Under the pieces are notes generated by a model, which was given only the letters and a program-made list of their open reading frames with translations, was not told the origin of the DNA and did not search any database. This document shows positions 9,190 through 18,550 of a DNA stretch of 64,000 nucleotides, piece by piece (positions within the stretch are counted from its first letter, which is position 1; each line of letters starts with the position of its first letter). The stretch lies in contig MEMF01000002.1 in the NCBI GenBank assembly GCA_001767855.1, positions 37,095 through 101,094 of the forward strand, read 5' to 3'. This DNA comes from Alphaproteobacteria bacterium RIFCSPHIGHO2_01_FULL_41_14. Its GTDB lineage: Bacteria > Pseudomonadota > Alphaproteobacteria > UBA7879 > UBA5542. A program made the position numbers and the translations under genes.

Positions 9190-11763
9190 TTAATTCTTAA
9201 TTGTCAAGCCTTTATTATTTGTCGATACAGGAACCTTATCTCCCTCTTTAATCTCACCCTCTAAAATTTTCATAGACAGCGGGTTTTGCAAATAGGTTTG
9301 AATCGTCCTCTTCAAGGGACGCGCCCCATACACTGGATCATACCCCCGTTCAGCCAACCATTCTTTAGCCTTTTTATCCACCTCAAGGGTGATCTTCTTG
9401 TCCTTTAAAATGGTCTCTAGGTGCCGCAGTTGAATGTCCACAATCTTCCCCATGTCAGTGCGCGCAAGACGGCCAAAGAGCAAGATTTCGTCCAATCGAT
9501 TTAAGAATTCTGGCCGGAAAGCTCTCTTCACCACTTCCATCACTTCTTCCCGAGCCTTCTCAGTACTCTCTCCATCTTCCAGATGGGCCAGCACTTCACT
9601 GCCCAAGTTAGAGGTCAGAATGATGAGTGTATTTTTAAAATCTACCACATGTCCTTGCCCGTCCGTCAGGCGACCATCATCCAGCACTTGTAAAAGCACG
9701 TTGAACACATCTGGATGTGCCTTTTCCACTTCATCAAATAAAATCACCTGATAGGGCCGACGACGTACCGCTTCGGTTAGAACACCCCCCTCTTCATACC
9801 CCACATAGCCGGGAGGGGCGCCCAACAACCGAGAGACGGAGTGTTTCTCCATAAACTCGGACATATCAATACGCAAAATAGCGTGTTCATCCGCAAACAA
9901 GAATGAGGCGAGCGCCTTGGCTAATTCAGTTTTTCCCACCCCTGTGGGGCCTAAGAATAAAAATGATCCCATGGGTCGATTCGGATCTTGAAGTCCTGCA
10001 CGGGCGCGGCGAACTGCATTACTTACCGCCACCACGGCTTCCTTTTGGCCGACAACCCGCTTATGCAGCTCATCTTCCATATGCACTAATTTATCTTTTT
10101 CGCTGGCCAACATCTGGTCCATGGGGATCCCCGTCCACCGGGACACCACCGCTGCAATATCCTGGCTGGTTACTTCTTCCCGCACCATGGCATGATTCCC
10201 ATTGCGCTCTGAGTTTTTAAGTTTGGTTTCCAGATCAGGAATGAGCCCATACTTCAGCTCTCCTGCTTTAGAAAAATCACCTGTGCGTTCGGCAATGGCC
10301 AAATCATTACGCGCCTTTTCTAATTTCTCCTTTAGATCCTGCGCTTGGGATAACTTTTGTTTTTCGGCTTGCCATGCACCCGTCATATCCGCCGCTTTGG
10401 ATTCAAACTCTTTCAGCTCTCCCTCCAAATTTTTCAACCGTTCTTGAGAGCCTGGATCTGTTTCTTTTTTCAAAGCTTCCCGCTCGATCTTCAGCTGCAT
10501 GATGCGACGGTCCAATTCATCCAAGGCCTCTGGCTTGGAATCCACTTCCATGCGCAATCGGCTCCCCGCCTCATCAATCAGATCAATCGCCTTATCCGGC
10601 AAAAATCGGTCGGAAATATATCGGTTTGAGAGCGTTGCAGCCGCTACAATCGCCGCATCCGTAATGCGCACGCCGTGGTGCAATTCGTATTTCTCTTTCA
10701 AACCACGCAGAATAGAGATGGTCTCTTCCACCTTAGGCTCCGGCACAAAGACGGGCTGGAAGCGCCGAGCCAAAGCCGCATCTTTTTCGATATATTGGCG
10801 ATACTCATCCAGCGTCGTTGCCCCCACACAATGAAGCTCTCCGCGCGCGAGCGCAGGCTTTAGCATGTTGGAGGCATCCATGGCCCCATCCGTTTTCCCC
10901 GCGCCCACCAGCGTGTGCAATTCATCGATAAACAAAATAATAGAGCCTGCGGCAGATTCTACTTCAGACAAGACGGCTTTCAATCGTTCTTCAAACTCTC
11001 CTCGATACTTGGCACCCGCGATCAACGATCCAAGGTCTAAAGACATCAATTGTTTATCCTTTAGGCTTTCAGGCACATCTCCGTTCACAATACGCAGCGC
11101 CAAGCCTTCCACGATGGCTGTTTTACCCACCCCTGGCTCTCCAATCAACACAGGATTGTTCTTTGTCCTGCGAGAAAGAACTTGAATGGTACGGCGAATC
11201 TCTTCATCTCGGCCGATGACAGGATCAAGCTTGCCCTCTCTTGCGGCTTGGGTCAGATTGCGCGCATACTTTTTTAGGGCGTCATACGTATCTTCTGCGC
11301 TGGCGGAATGGGCCTGTCGCCCTTTACGCATTTCTTGAATGGCATGGTTTAGGGACTGTGGCGTCAAACCAGAAGATTTGAGGATTTTCCCCACTTCATC
11401 CGAGGTTTGTAAACTCATAGCCAGTAGAATCATTTCGAGGGTCACAAAACTGTCTCCCGCCTTTTCAGCCGTCTTCTCAGCTTCCTGTAATACACGAGAG
11501 AGTTCTTGGGACATATAAGGTTGGCCTGCCCCACTTCCCTGCACAGAAGGGATTTTTTTGAGAGCCGCTTCCACATCCACCGATACCAATTTTGGATTAC
11601 CACCAGCCGCCTGGATCAGGCTTGCCGCCATCCCTTGAGAATCATCATTAAATACTTTTAGAAGATGCTCTGGCAGTAGCTTTTGATGACCCAAATTCTG
11701 AGCCAACGTCTGTGCCGACTGCAAAAAACCCTTTACGCGATCTGTATATTTTTCTAGATTCAT
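9190..11763 (-). CDS. clpB: ATP-dependent chaperone ClpB (Hsp100 disaggregase)
   Basis: 857 aa. Two AAA+ modules with Walker [16 protein letters not shown] and [15 protein letters not shown], a long middle coiled-coil, and the N-terminal Clp_N domain. Near-identical stretches to E. coli ClpB ([18 protein letters not shown]). Confidence 0.95.
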   Translation of the reverse strand: MNLEKYTDRVKGFLQSAQTLAQNLGHQKLLPEHLLKVFNDDSQGMAASLIQAAGGNPKLVSVDVEAALKKIPSVQGSGAGQPYMSQELSRVLQEAEKTAEKAGDSFVTLEMILLAMSLQTSDEVGKILKSSGLTPQSLNHAIQEMRKGRQAHSASAEDTYDALKKYARNLTQAAREGKLDPVIGRDEEIRRTIQVLSRRTKNNPVLIGEPGVGKTAIVEGLALRIVNGDVPESLKDKQLMSLDLGSLIAGAKYRGEFEERLKAVLSEVESAAGSIILFIDELHTLVGAGKTDGAMDASNMLKPALARGELHCVGATTLDEYRQYIEKDAALARRFQPVFVPEPKVEETISILRGLKEKYELHHGVRITDAAIVAAATLSNRYISDRFLPDKAIDLIDEAGSRLRMEVDSKPEALDELDRRIMQLKIEREALKKETDPGSQERLKNLEGELKEFESKAADMTGAWQAEKQKLSQAQDLKEKLEKARNDLAIAERTGDFSKAGELKYGLIPDLETKLKNSERNGNHAMVREEVTSQDIAAVVSRWTGIPMDQMLASEKDKLVHMEDELHKRVVGQKEAVVAVSNAVRRARAGLQDPNRPMGSFLFLGPTGVGKTELAKALASFLFADEHAILRIDMSEFMEKHSVSRLLGAPPGYVGYEEGGVLTEAVRRRPYQVILFDEVEKAHPDVFNVLLQVLDDGRLTDGQGHVVDFKNTLIILTSNLGSEVLAHLEDGESTEKAREEVMEVVKRAFRPEFLNRLDEILLFGRLARTDMGKIVDIQLRHLETILKDKKITLEVDKKAKEWLAERGYDPVYGARPLKRTIQTYLQNPLSMKILEGEIKEGDKVPVSTNNKGLTIKN

Positions 11764-12048
11764 TTCCCCATATCCTCTATCTCTTTTGTATCAAACCAGA
11801 CAAGATTTTGGAAGGAGATTCTAAAAACAGAAAACTATTTCCATCCTACCAAATACCGATCCAAGCCCGCTAAAAGTGATCTGTTGCTAAAAAAATAAGA
11901 TCTGCTAATCTCAGTAGAGATTAAGTTCTACACCCCCCCCAAGGAGTTAAATAAAATACAGAGCATCCTAAAAATAACGATCCTGAGCCTGTTTTTATTC
12001 ATCCCAGTTTTTGGAGCTTTTAATCCCACAGAGAAAAATGAGTTACCT

Positions 12049-12832
12049 ATGTCAAATCCCATCCGTATTGTTCAAATTACAGATACCCATATCATACCAA
12101 GAGGAGAATCTTGGCACGACAACAAACTTACAGATACAGCTGGACGATTAGAAAAAGTTATTGCCAGTATTAATACTTTAAAACCAGACCTGGTGATCCA
12201 TACGGGCGATATTGTGGATAGGGGAGATATTGAGTCCTATGAATACCACAAAGGCATTACTAAATCATTTAACAGTTCCTTATTATTTGACCTGCGGGAA
12301 TCATGATGACTTCCCAAATTTGCGCTCTGTTTTCCCTGAGCAACCTTTCATGGATCCCCAATTCTCCCATTATGCTCTTGATCATTTGCCTGTTAGAATT
12401 TTAGTTCTCGATTCACATATTCCCAAAAAAGATTATGGGATCTTGTGTGAAGAGCGAAAACAATGGTTAACTGCGCGCTTAGAAGAAGACAGAAAAAAAC
12501 CAACTATGATCTTCCTTCACCACTTTCCTATAGATGTTCAAGAGCCCATATTCTCCACAATAAACCTGCGTAATGGGAACGACTTAAAACAAATTATTTC
12601 AGCGAGCCCTAATGTGCGAGGAATATATTGTGGTCATTATCACCATGCAGGTGCCTCTGTTTTTGGAAGAGCGCTCTGTTGGATCTCACCCAGCACCGCA
12701 CCAAGCCATATCTTGGAGGGTGATAAGTGTATAGGACTAAACTTGACTTACCCTGCTTATAGCGTTCATGAGTTTATTAACGGAAACTTTATGAGTCAAA
12801 TCGTGTCTGTCGCTCCAACTCTTTGTCCCTAA
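12049..12832 (+). pseudogene. Metallophosphoesterase (calcineurin-like / CpdA-like phosphodiesterase) interrupted by a frameshift
   Basis: Two overlapping ORFs in different frames, 12049..12306 and 12212..12832. Frame 1 carries the metal-binding motifs D-T-H and GDIVDRGD. Frame 2 continues with YYLTCGNHDD and later GHYHH. The frame switch must lie in about 12258-12275 (ACTAAATCATTTAACAG). Confidence 0.55.
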
Positions 12833-13671
12833 CGAACCGAGTCTTTCCCAACAAAACACCGATCCAAGCCTGCCAAATCTTGATAGAGGGTAATGTGTTG
12901 AAACCCTGCAGCACGCAGCAATTCTTCCACAGGCAAGCGTTGGTTATGCCCAATTTCCAAAACCAAAGCACCTCCAAGGTTCAAGAAATCAGGGGCCCTT
13001 GGAATAATAATTTTATAACAATCCAATCCTTCCTCCCCTGCCGTAAGGGCTTTCTTTGGATCAAATTCTTTAACGTTTTTCTCTAGGATTTCGTAATCAG
13101 CTTGGGCAATATAAGGAGGGTTACTAATAATAATATCAAACGAGTCCGTGATCCCCTGGAACCAATCTCCTTGATGAAGTCTTAATCGATCCGCCACCCC
13201 ATGGTTTTGGGAATTTTTTTTGGCCGTTTCTAACACGTTCCGACTTTGATCAACCGCTGTGCCCGTCGCCTTTTTGTATTCTGTCAGAAGAGAAATGATA
13301 AGACATCCTGTGCCCGTACCCAAATCCAAAATTTTTAGAGGACGGCCCCGATCAGGAAACTGCTTCAACGTCGCCTCAATCAGCGTTTCACTGTCAGGTC
13401 GGGGATCCAAGGTTTCAGAAGACAGCTCAAAATCCATACCCCAAAATTCTCGTTTTCCCAAAAGGCGACTGAGAGGCATTCCCCCTGCCAAGGCCTCCGC
13501 TTGGGTCAAAAAAATTTCCTGCACTTTGAGGGAGACATTAGCCTCCGGATGGGCCATTAGAAACTCTGGGGATTGATGCATGAGGTGCGCCAACAAAACT
13601 CTCAAATGAGGCTTGAGTACCTGAGGATATTTTTGAAAGGTGGACAAAAGAAGACTATGAACAGAATCCAT
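12829..13671 (-). CDS. prmC: Release factor glutamine N5-methyltransferase PrmC (HemK)
   Basis: 280 aa with the SAM-binding LDLGTGTGCLIISL and the catalytic IIISNPPYI (NPPY) motif. Confidence 0.85.
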   Translation of the reverse strand: MDSVHSLLLSTFQKYPQVLKPHLRVLLAHLMHQSPEFLMAHPEANVSLKVQEIFLTQAEALAGGMPLSRLLGKREFWGMDFELSSETLDPRPDSETLIEATLKQFPDRGRPLKILDLGTGTGCLIISLLTEYKKATGTAVDQSRNVLETAKKNSQNHGVADRLRLHQGDWFQGITDSFDIIISNPPYIAQADYEILEKNVKEFDPKKALTAGEEGLDCYKIIIPRAPDFLNLGGALVLEIGHNQRLPVEELLRAAGFQHITLYQDLAGLDRCFVGKDSVR

Positions 13672-13676
13672 TGGGT

Positions 13677-14435
13677 CTAAGAATATTTCTTCATAAAAAC
13701 TTTGGGATCTTTTTTATATTCTCCTAAAATAGTCTTTCCATCCAATATAACTTGAGGATTTCCCACATACCATTCAAAAAAATCATCAGCATCGTCTGCT
13801 GTCATTTCAGCCAATAATTCGGCCAAGAATCGAGGGGTCTGGAAATGATGATAATCCATCAAATCTTGCCAATCCCCTCCCCAATCTCGAAATCCATATT
13901 TATGGAAAATATTGACAATCGGTTCCACCATTCCAACACGTTGATGCCGACGATTCATATACTCTAGGCCGGCAATGGGCCAGACTTCCACAGCCCCACA
14001 TTTTTTTTCCGCATTAATGAAAGAGTTCCCCATGTAAGGATTTTGTACCGGATTAATATCAATGGCCAAACCATAGGAATGGATAGATAAAACGGTCTTA
14101 CCCACGATAGTACGATAATTAAACGCGGAAGAATTATTGTCTGCCATGGACGCCTCATCATCCCCTTGATACTGATCAATGGGGACCACTTTATGAAGGG
14201 GGAACTCCTCTTCCAATAATTCTTGAAAAATGATCATGACAAAGGGGGAAACGGCATCTAAAACAACAATCTCGCCTTGCTTAAGATTGCCTTTGAAATC
14301 ACGATAAGTCACCTCGACTACCCGCAACCGTTCCAAGGGAACTGGGCACTGGGGTTTCCACAACCCAAGACTTCTTAATTTTTCTTGATAGGCAGAATCT
14401 AAAAGTTTGATGGAAAAAGAAAATGGGTCGACCAT
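13677..14435 (-). CDS. M15 family zinc metallopeptidase (D-Ala-D-Ala carboxypeptidase/VanY-like, no signal peptide evident)
   Basis: 252 aa containing SIHSYGLAIDINP (the SxHxxGxAxD zinc-binding motif) and DYHHFQ (second His motif) characteristic of peptidase M15. It is wedged between prfA and prmC. Confidence 0.55.
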   Translation of the reverse strand: MVDPFSFSIKLLDSAYQEKLRSLGLWKPQCPVPLERLRVVEVTYRDFKGNLKQGEIVVLDAVSPFVMIIFQELLEEEFPLHKVVPIDQYQGDDEASMADNNSSAFNYRTIVGKTVLSIHSYGLAIDINPVQNPYMGNSFINAEKKCGAVEVWPIAGLEYMNRRHQRVGMVEPIVNIFHKYGFRDWGGDWQDLMDYHHFQTPRFLAELLAEMTADDADDFFEWYVGNPQVILDGKTILGEYKKDPKVFMKKYS

Positions 14436-14440
14436 CGTAT

Positions 14441-15511
14441 TTACTCCAACGCTGAAAGACGCTCTGCTTGATCCTCAGTAGTTAATGCCTGGATCACCTC
14501 ATCTAGCGCTTCTCCGTTAATAATGTAATCAAGCTTATAAAGGGTCAAGTTAATCCGATGGTCCGTCAATCGTCCTTGGGGAAAGTTATACGTCCGAATC
14601 CGCTCGGATCGGTCGCCCGACCCCACCTGAGATTTTCTGTTTTGAGACCTCTCAGCCATGGCCTTGCCGCGCTCAAGATCATACAAACGTGACCGCAAAA
14701 TTTTTAACGCTTTGGCCTTGTTCTTATGCTGAGATTTCTCATCTTGCTGCTGCACCACCAAGCCTGTCGGCAAGTGGGTAATGCGCACGGCACTGTCTGT
14801 CGTATTCACAGACTGGCCCCCAGGCCCACTCGACCGAAATACATCAATTCGAAGGTCTTTTTCTTCGATGTGAATATCGATTTCTTCCGCCTCTGGCAAG
14901 ACGGCAACTGTTGCTGCAGAAGTGTGAACTCGACCCTGTGTCTCAGTCTCAGGAACCCGCTGCACACGGTGAACACCAGACTCGAACTTCAGTTTCGAGA
15001 AAACATTTTTTCCAGTGATGGTGGCAATGCATTCTTTGATACCCCCTAGGTCTGTCTCACTCAGCTCTAAAATTTCCACTTTCCATCCCTGAATTTCTGC
15101 ATATCTCTGATACATTCTTAAAAGAACGGCACCAAAGAGCGCGGCTTCATCTCCGCCTGTTCCGGCTCGAATTTCCAGAATAGCGTTTTTCTCGTCAGCT
15201 TCATCTTTGGGCAACAAAAGAACTTTTATCCGTTTCTCCAATTCAGGCACATGAGTTTCCAACGAGAACAATTCTTCCTGAGCCATCTTCTTCATCTCAG
15301 GATCGGTTACATCTTTTGACATCTCTTGGAGATCTGCAATTTCTTTTTGGGTTTTTATGAGCTCTTCAGCCACTTCCGTTATAGGGGTCAATTCGGCTAA
15401 TTCTTTCGAAGATTTTACAAACTCTTCTGAAGAGAGGGTACCTTGAGACAGTAGATCTTCTAAGGATCGTTTCCGCTCAATCATTTTTTCTAATTTAGAT
15501 AATAAACTCAT
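14441..15511 (-). CDS. prfA: Peptide chain release factor 1
   Basis: 356 aa with the GGQ motif ([23 protein letters not shown]) and a PxT-type codon recognition region. It is followed by prmC as usual. Confidence 0.9.
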   Translation of the reverse strand: MSLLSKLEKMIERKRSLEDLLSQGTLSSEEFVKSSKELAELTPITEVAEELIKTQKEIADLQEMSKDVTDPEMKKMAQEELFSLETHVPELEKRIKVLLLPKDEADEKNAILEIRAGTGGDEAALFGAVLLRMYQRYAEIQGWKVEILELSETDLGGIKECIATITGKNVFSKLKFESGVHRVQRVPETETQGRVHTSAATVAVLPEAEEIDIHIEEKDLRIDVFRSSGPGGQSVNTTDSAVRITHLPTGLVVQQQDEKSQHKNKAKALKILRSRLYDLERGKAMAERSQNRKSQVGSGDRSERIRTYNFPQGRLTDHRINLTLYKLDYIINGEALDEVIQALTTEDQAERLSALE

Positions 15512-15586
15512 TGTCTTTTTGCCTAAAATTTCTTCCTATGAGGGTGGCGATCGTGAGCTAAAAAGTCTTGACAGTTCCCGTTGCCA

Positions 15587-16819
15587 TTATAACGCTTTTA
15601 GATAGCTTAAGAGCTGGGACATTTCAATTGTTTTCTGAGTTCCCAAGTCTAGATCCTTAAGAGTTGCTTGATCATTTTGTAGCTCTTCTTCCCCCAAAAT
15701 AAGGGCATGTGATGCCCCTGCTCGATTTGCTTTTTTCATACGAGATTTTAAACTTCCGTCATAAGCCAACTGGGTGGGAATATTTTCTTTCCTTAATTTT
15801 TGGGCAAGAGTCCATACTTTATTTTCAGCGGCTTCCCCGAGCGGAATCAACGCAACGGGCCTTAAGGCCCGTAACTCTTTTGATAATAAAAGTACCAGTC
15901 TCTCTATGCCCGCAGACCAGCCCACAGAGGGAAGACGCGGGCCTCCCATTTGTACGGAAAGACCATCGTATCTACCTCCAGCCAGTACTGTATTTTGGGC
16001 CCCCAGGGAAGATGTCCTAAATTCAAAAGCGGTATGGCCATAGTAATCCAATCCTCGCACCAATCTAGGATTCACTTGAAAAGGTACCTTCAAAGCTTCC
16101 AATCCACGTAGAACGGATTCAAAAAACTTTTCTGCTTCAGGGGTTAAAAATGCCTGGATCTTAGGAGCATCCTGCACAATCCTCTGATCCATCTCATCTT
16201 TAGAATCTAAAATTCTGAGAGGGTTTTTCTGAAGACGTTCTTTAGAGTCTGGAGACAAATCTTGTTCATAGAGAGAAAAATAGTTTACCAAAGCGTGGCG
16301 ATATTTTTGCCGACTCCCCTCATCCCCTAAGGTATTAACCTCGAGCTCAATGGTTCCTGACAAATTCAGCTCTCTCAAAAAATGAGCCCCCATGGCAATA
16401 CATTCTGCATCGGCCAGGGGATGGGCCTCCCCTATGTGCTCCACCCCGACCTGATGAAACTGACGCATACGTCCCTTTTGAGGGCGCTCATACCGGAACA
16501 TAGGGCCCGTATAGAAATATTTGAGGGGCACGGATTGCACCAATTGATTGGTTAACACAGCTCGCATCACCCCCGCCGTTCCTTCTGGACGCAAAGCTAA
16601 AAGATCCTCATGGCGATCCCTAAACGTAAACATTTCTTTTGTAACCACATCTGACGTTTCCCCCAAGGTGCGTACAAAAACATCAAGATACTCGAAAATG
16701 GGGGTGGACACTTCTTCAAATTGATAGAGAGAAAGCACACGACGGGCACAAGACTCTACAGAGGCATGTTGGCGCCGCACACTTGGTAACTGATCATACG
16801 TGCCACGAAAGGCTTTCAT
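15587..16819 (-). CDS. hisS: Histidine--tRNA ligase
   Basis: 410 aa class II aaRS with motif 2 (FRYERPQKGRMRQFHQ) and GGRYDGL near the C-terminus of the catalytic domain, then an anticodon-binding domain. Confidence 0.9.
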   Translation of the reverse strand: MKAFRGTYDQLPSVRRQHASVESCARRVLSLYQFEEVSTPIFEYLDVFVRTLGETSDVVTKEMFTFRDRHEDLLALRPEGTAGVMRAVLTNQLVQSVPLKYFYTGPMFRYERPQKGRMRQFHQVGVEHIGEAHPLADAECIAMGAHFLRELNLSGTIELEVNTLGDEGSRQKYRHALVNYFSLYEQDLSPDSKERLQKNPLRILDSKDEMDQRIVQDAPKIQAFLTPEAEKFFESVLRGLEALKVPFQVNPRLVRGLDYYGHTAFEFRTSSLGAQNTVLAGGRYDGLSVQMGGPRLPSVGWSAGIERLVLLLSKELRALRPVALIPLGEAAENKVWTLAQKLRKENIPTQLAYDGSLKSRMKKANRAGASHALILGEEELQNDQATLKDLDLGTQKTIEMSQLLSYLKAL

Positions 16820-16882
16820 TGTAAACTCCGCTAAAACTAACTGCCCCTAGAATAAGGGAAAAGAAAAAGAGAGCCAAGGAAA

Positions 16883-17644
16883 TTAAGATTTTTCTTGGTG
16901 GTAAGCTCTTAAGACATTTTCCACATCCCCAAACGCTTTTAATTCTCCATGGGACATGAGAATGGCTTTATTACAAAATCGCGTAATGAGATCCTCGCTG
17001 TGAGAGGCAAATAAAAACGTATTGCTTTTTTCGATCAACTCTTCAATTTTTTGTTGAGATTTTTTGGCGAAATCTTTGTCTCCAGCCCCAAAAATCTCAT
17101 CAATCAACAAAATATCCGGTTCAAAATTGGTAGCCACTGCAAATCCCACCCGCACTTTCATGCCATCTGAATAGGTACGAAGAGGGAGATTCAGATAATC
17201 TCCCAACTCGGTAAACTCTCTTAACTTATTCATGCTCTCTTTTGCTTTTTTATAGCTTCGCCCAAAGATCAGAGCCCCCAGAAATAGGTTTTCATCGCCC
17301 GTCATTTCTTCATTGCTGCCAATGGAAGTGCCGAACAAGGTAGAAATGCTCCCTTTCACTTTCAGGGCGCCAGAAGTTGGTGTATAAATTCCCGCGATGG
17401 TACGCATTAGTGTCGACTTTCCCGATCCATTGTGACCGATCAACCCAATGCGATCCCCTACATGCGCTTCGAAGTTGATATTTTTCAAGGCTTCCACAAT
17501 TTTCAGGGATCCATCTCCTTTTGCAAGTTGACCTCCCAGTTTATTCACAAGAACATTGCGCAAAGAAAATTTATGAGCGTTAAAAATCGGAAACTGCAAA
17601 GAAATATTTTTTAAAGAAATAGTGACAGACATGATCACACCCAA
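16883..17644 (-). CDS. ABC transporter ATP-binding protein, polysaccharide/O-antigen export type (Wzt/KpsT/TagH-like)
   Basis: 253 aa with Walker A GHNGSGKST, signature YSDGMKVR and Walker B ILLIDE. Short ABC ATPases paired with an ABC-2 permease are typical of glycan exporters. Confidence 0.7.
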   Translation of the reverse strand: MGVIMSVTISLKNISLQFPIFNAHKFSLRNVLVNKLGGQLAKGDGSLKIVEALKNINFEAHVGDRIGLIGHNGSGKSTLMRTIAGIYTPTSGALKVKGSISTLFGTSIGSNEEMTGDENLFLGALIFGRSYKKAKESMNKLREFTELGDYLNLPLRTYSDGMKVRVGFAVATNFEPDILLIDEIFGAGDKDFAKKSQQKIEELIEKSNTFLFASHSEDLITRFCNKAILMSHGELKAFGDVENVLRAYHQEKS

Positions 17645-18453
17645 TACACAAGACGGTGAGAATATCTCTCGTACAAGAAAGACGCCAGCCCAAGTAAAAC
17701 AGTGATCATCGAAAATACACCTATATAATAAAAAGAGTCTGGTATCGTATTGAGAAGAGGATCTCTTACAATCGCAAGGAAATAAGTAAAAGGATTTCCA
17801 TATGCCAATAAAACCTTTTTCCCCGTTAAGATTTTAGGATTCCACATAACAGGCGTTAGCATAAAAAGGAAGGTCATAAGAGAGGAAATGGTGTAAGATA
17901 AATCTCTGAATCGAGCCCCCAAAATACCTAAAACAACACTTAATAAAAAGGCCGTTATAAGCACTAAAAAGAGCCCAGGAACAAATAAAAGAGTGATAAC
18001 AGAGACTTTAACTTGAAAGATCATAAAAACAATCACCACAATGATTATATTATGTAACAAAGTGTATAAATTCCTAAGAATCCCAGTAAATATGAAAGTC
18101 AATAAAGGAATTTTGATTGTGCGCAACATGGCACCAGGGGTCGTATATATAAGAGCCCCTTCTAGTACACACGAAGAAATAAACCCCCACAAAATAAACC
18201 CCGCAGTCATATAAGGAAAAAAATCATTCAAAGGTATATTAAAAACAGAGCCCCAAACAAACCCCATGGCACCTACACCAATCCCTGTGCCCAGAGTAAT
18301 CCACCAAGGACCCAACGTAGTACGCCGATACCGACTCATGAGATCCTGATAGGCCATATACCACCAAACGGGGGCTATTTTAAAGGTTTCGACAAGATCT
18401 CGAAAAAACATTTTCATTTGTCTGAAGATAGAGAAAAAAAAGAAAAAAATCAA
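17635..18453 (-). CDS. ABC-2 type transporter permease (Wzm/KpsM-like)
   Basis: 272 aa, six hydrophobic segments, overlapping the downstream ATPase gene by 10 nt. The ORF-track start is a TTG followed by a poly-Phe run encoded by an A8-G-A7 tract. An in-frame ATG at about 18417 (MKMFF) may be the real start. Confidence 0.6.
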   Translation of the reverse strand: MIFFFFFSIFRQMKMFFRDLVETFKIAPVWWYMAYQDLMSRYRRTTLGPWWITLGTGIGVGAMGFVWGSVFNIPLNDFFPYMTAGFILWGFISSCVLEGALIYTTPGAMLRTIKIPLLTFIFTGILRNLYTLLHNIIIVVIVFMIFQVKVSVITLLFVPGLFLVLITAFLLSVVLGILGARFRDLSYTISSLMTFLFMLTPVMWNPKILTGKKVLLAYGNPFTYFLAIVRDPLLNTIPDSFYYIGVFSMITVLLGLASFLYERYSHRLVYWV

Positions 18454-18550
18454 ATAACATTCTTCTTGATAAAACCTCCTAAAAATCTTGACAAGAGTAT
18501 GCGTATCTTCTTCTATTGTACGGTTTCAACAAACAGAAAAGAGTTTTTGG

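Noticed and set aside
9434-11185. A series of 60-110 aa ORFs on the plus strand inside clpB (9434..9751, 9903..10220, 10202..10447, 10357..10629, 10499..10834, 10675..10863, 10865..11185)
   Set aside because: They are antisense to a highly conserved gene, have no RBS or family resemblance, and are typical antisense open frames in GC-skewed coding sequence. Spurious.
9190-11763. The Hsp100 ATPase could be read as ClpV, the T6SS sheath-recycling ATPase, given the T6SS genes elsewhere in the window
   Set aside because: It is 857 aa, exactly ClpB-like, with a full-length middle coiled-coil domain and near-identity to canonical ClpB signature stretches. It is 40 kb from the T6SS genes and in a housekeeping context. 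I therefore call it clpB, not clpV.
12789-13576. ORFs 12789..12977 (-), 12823..13086 (+) and 13259..13576 (+) overlapping prmC
   Set aside because: prmC is confidently called by the NPPY and SAM-binding motifs on the minus strand. These overlapping frames have no support.
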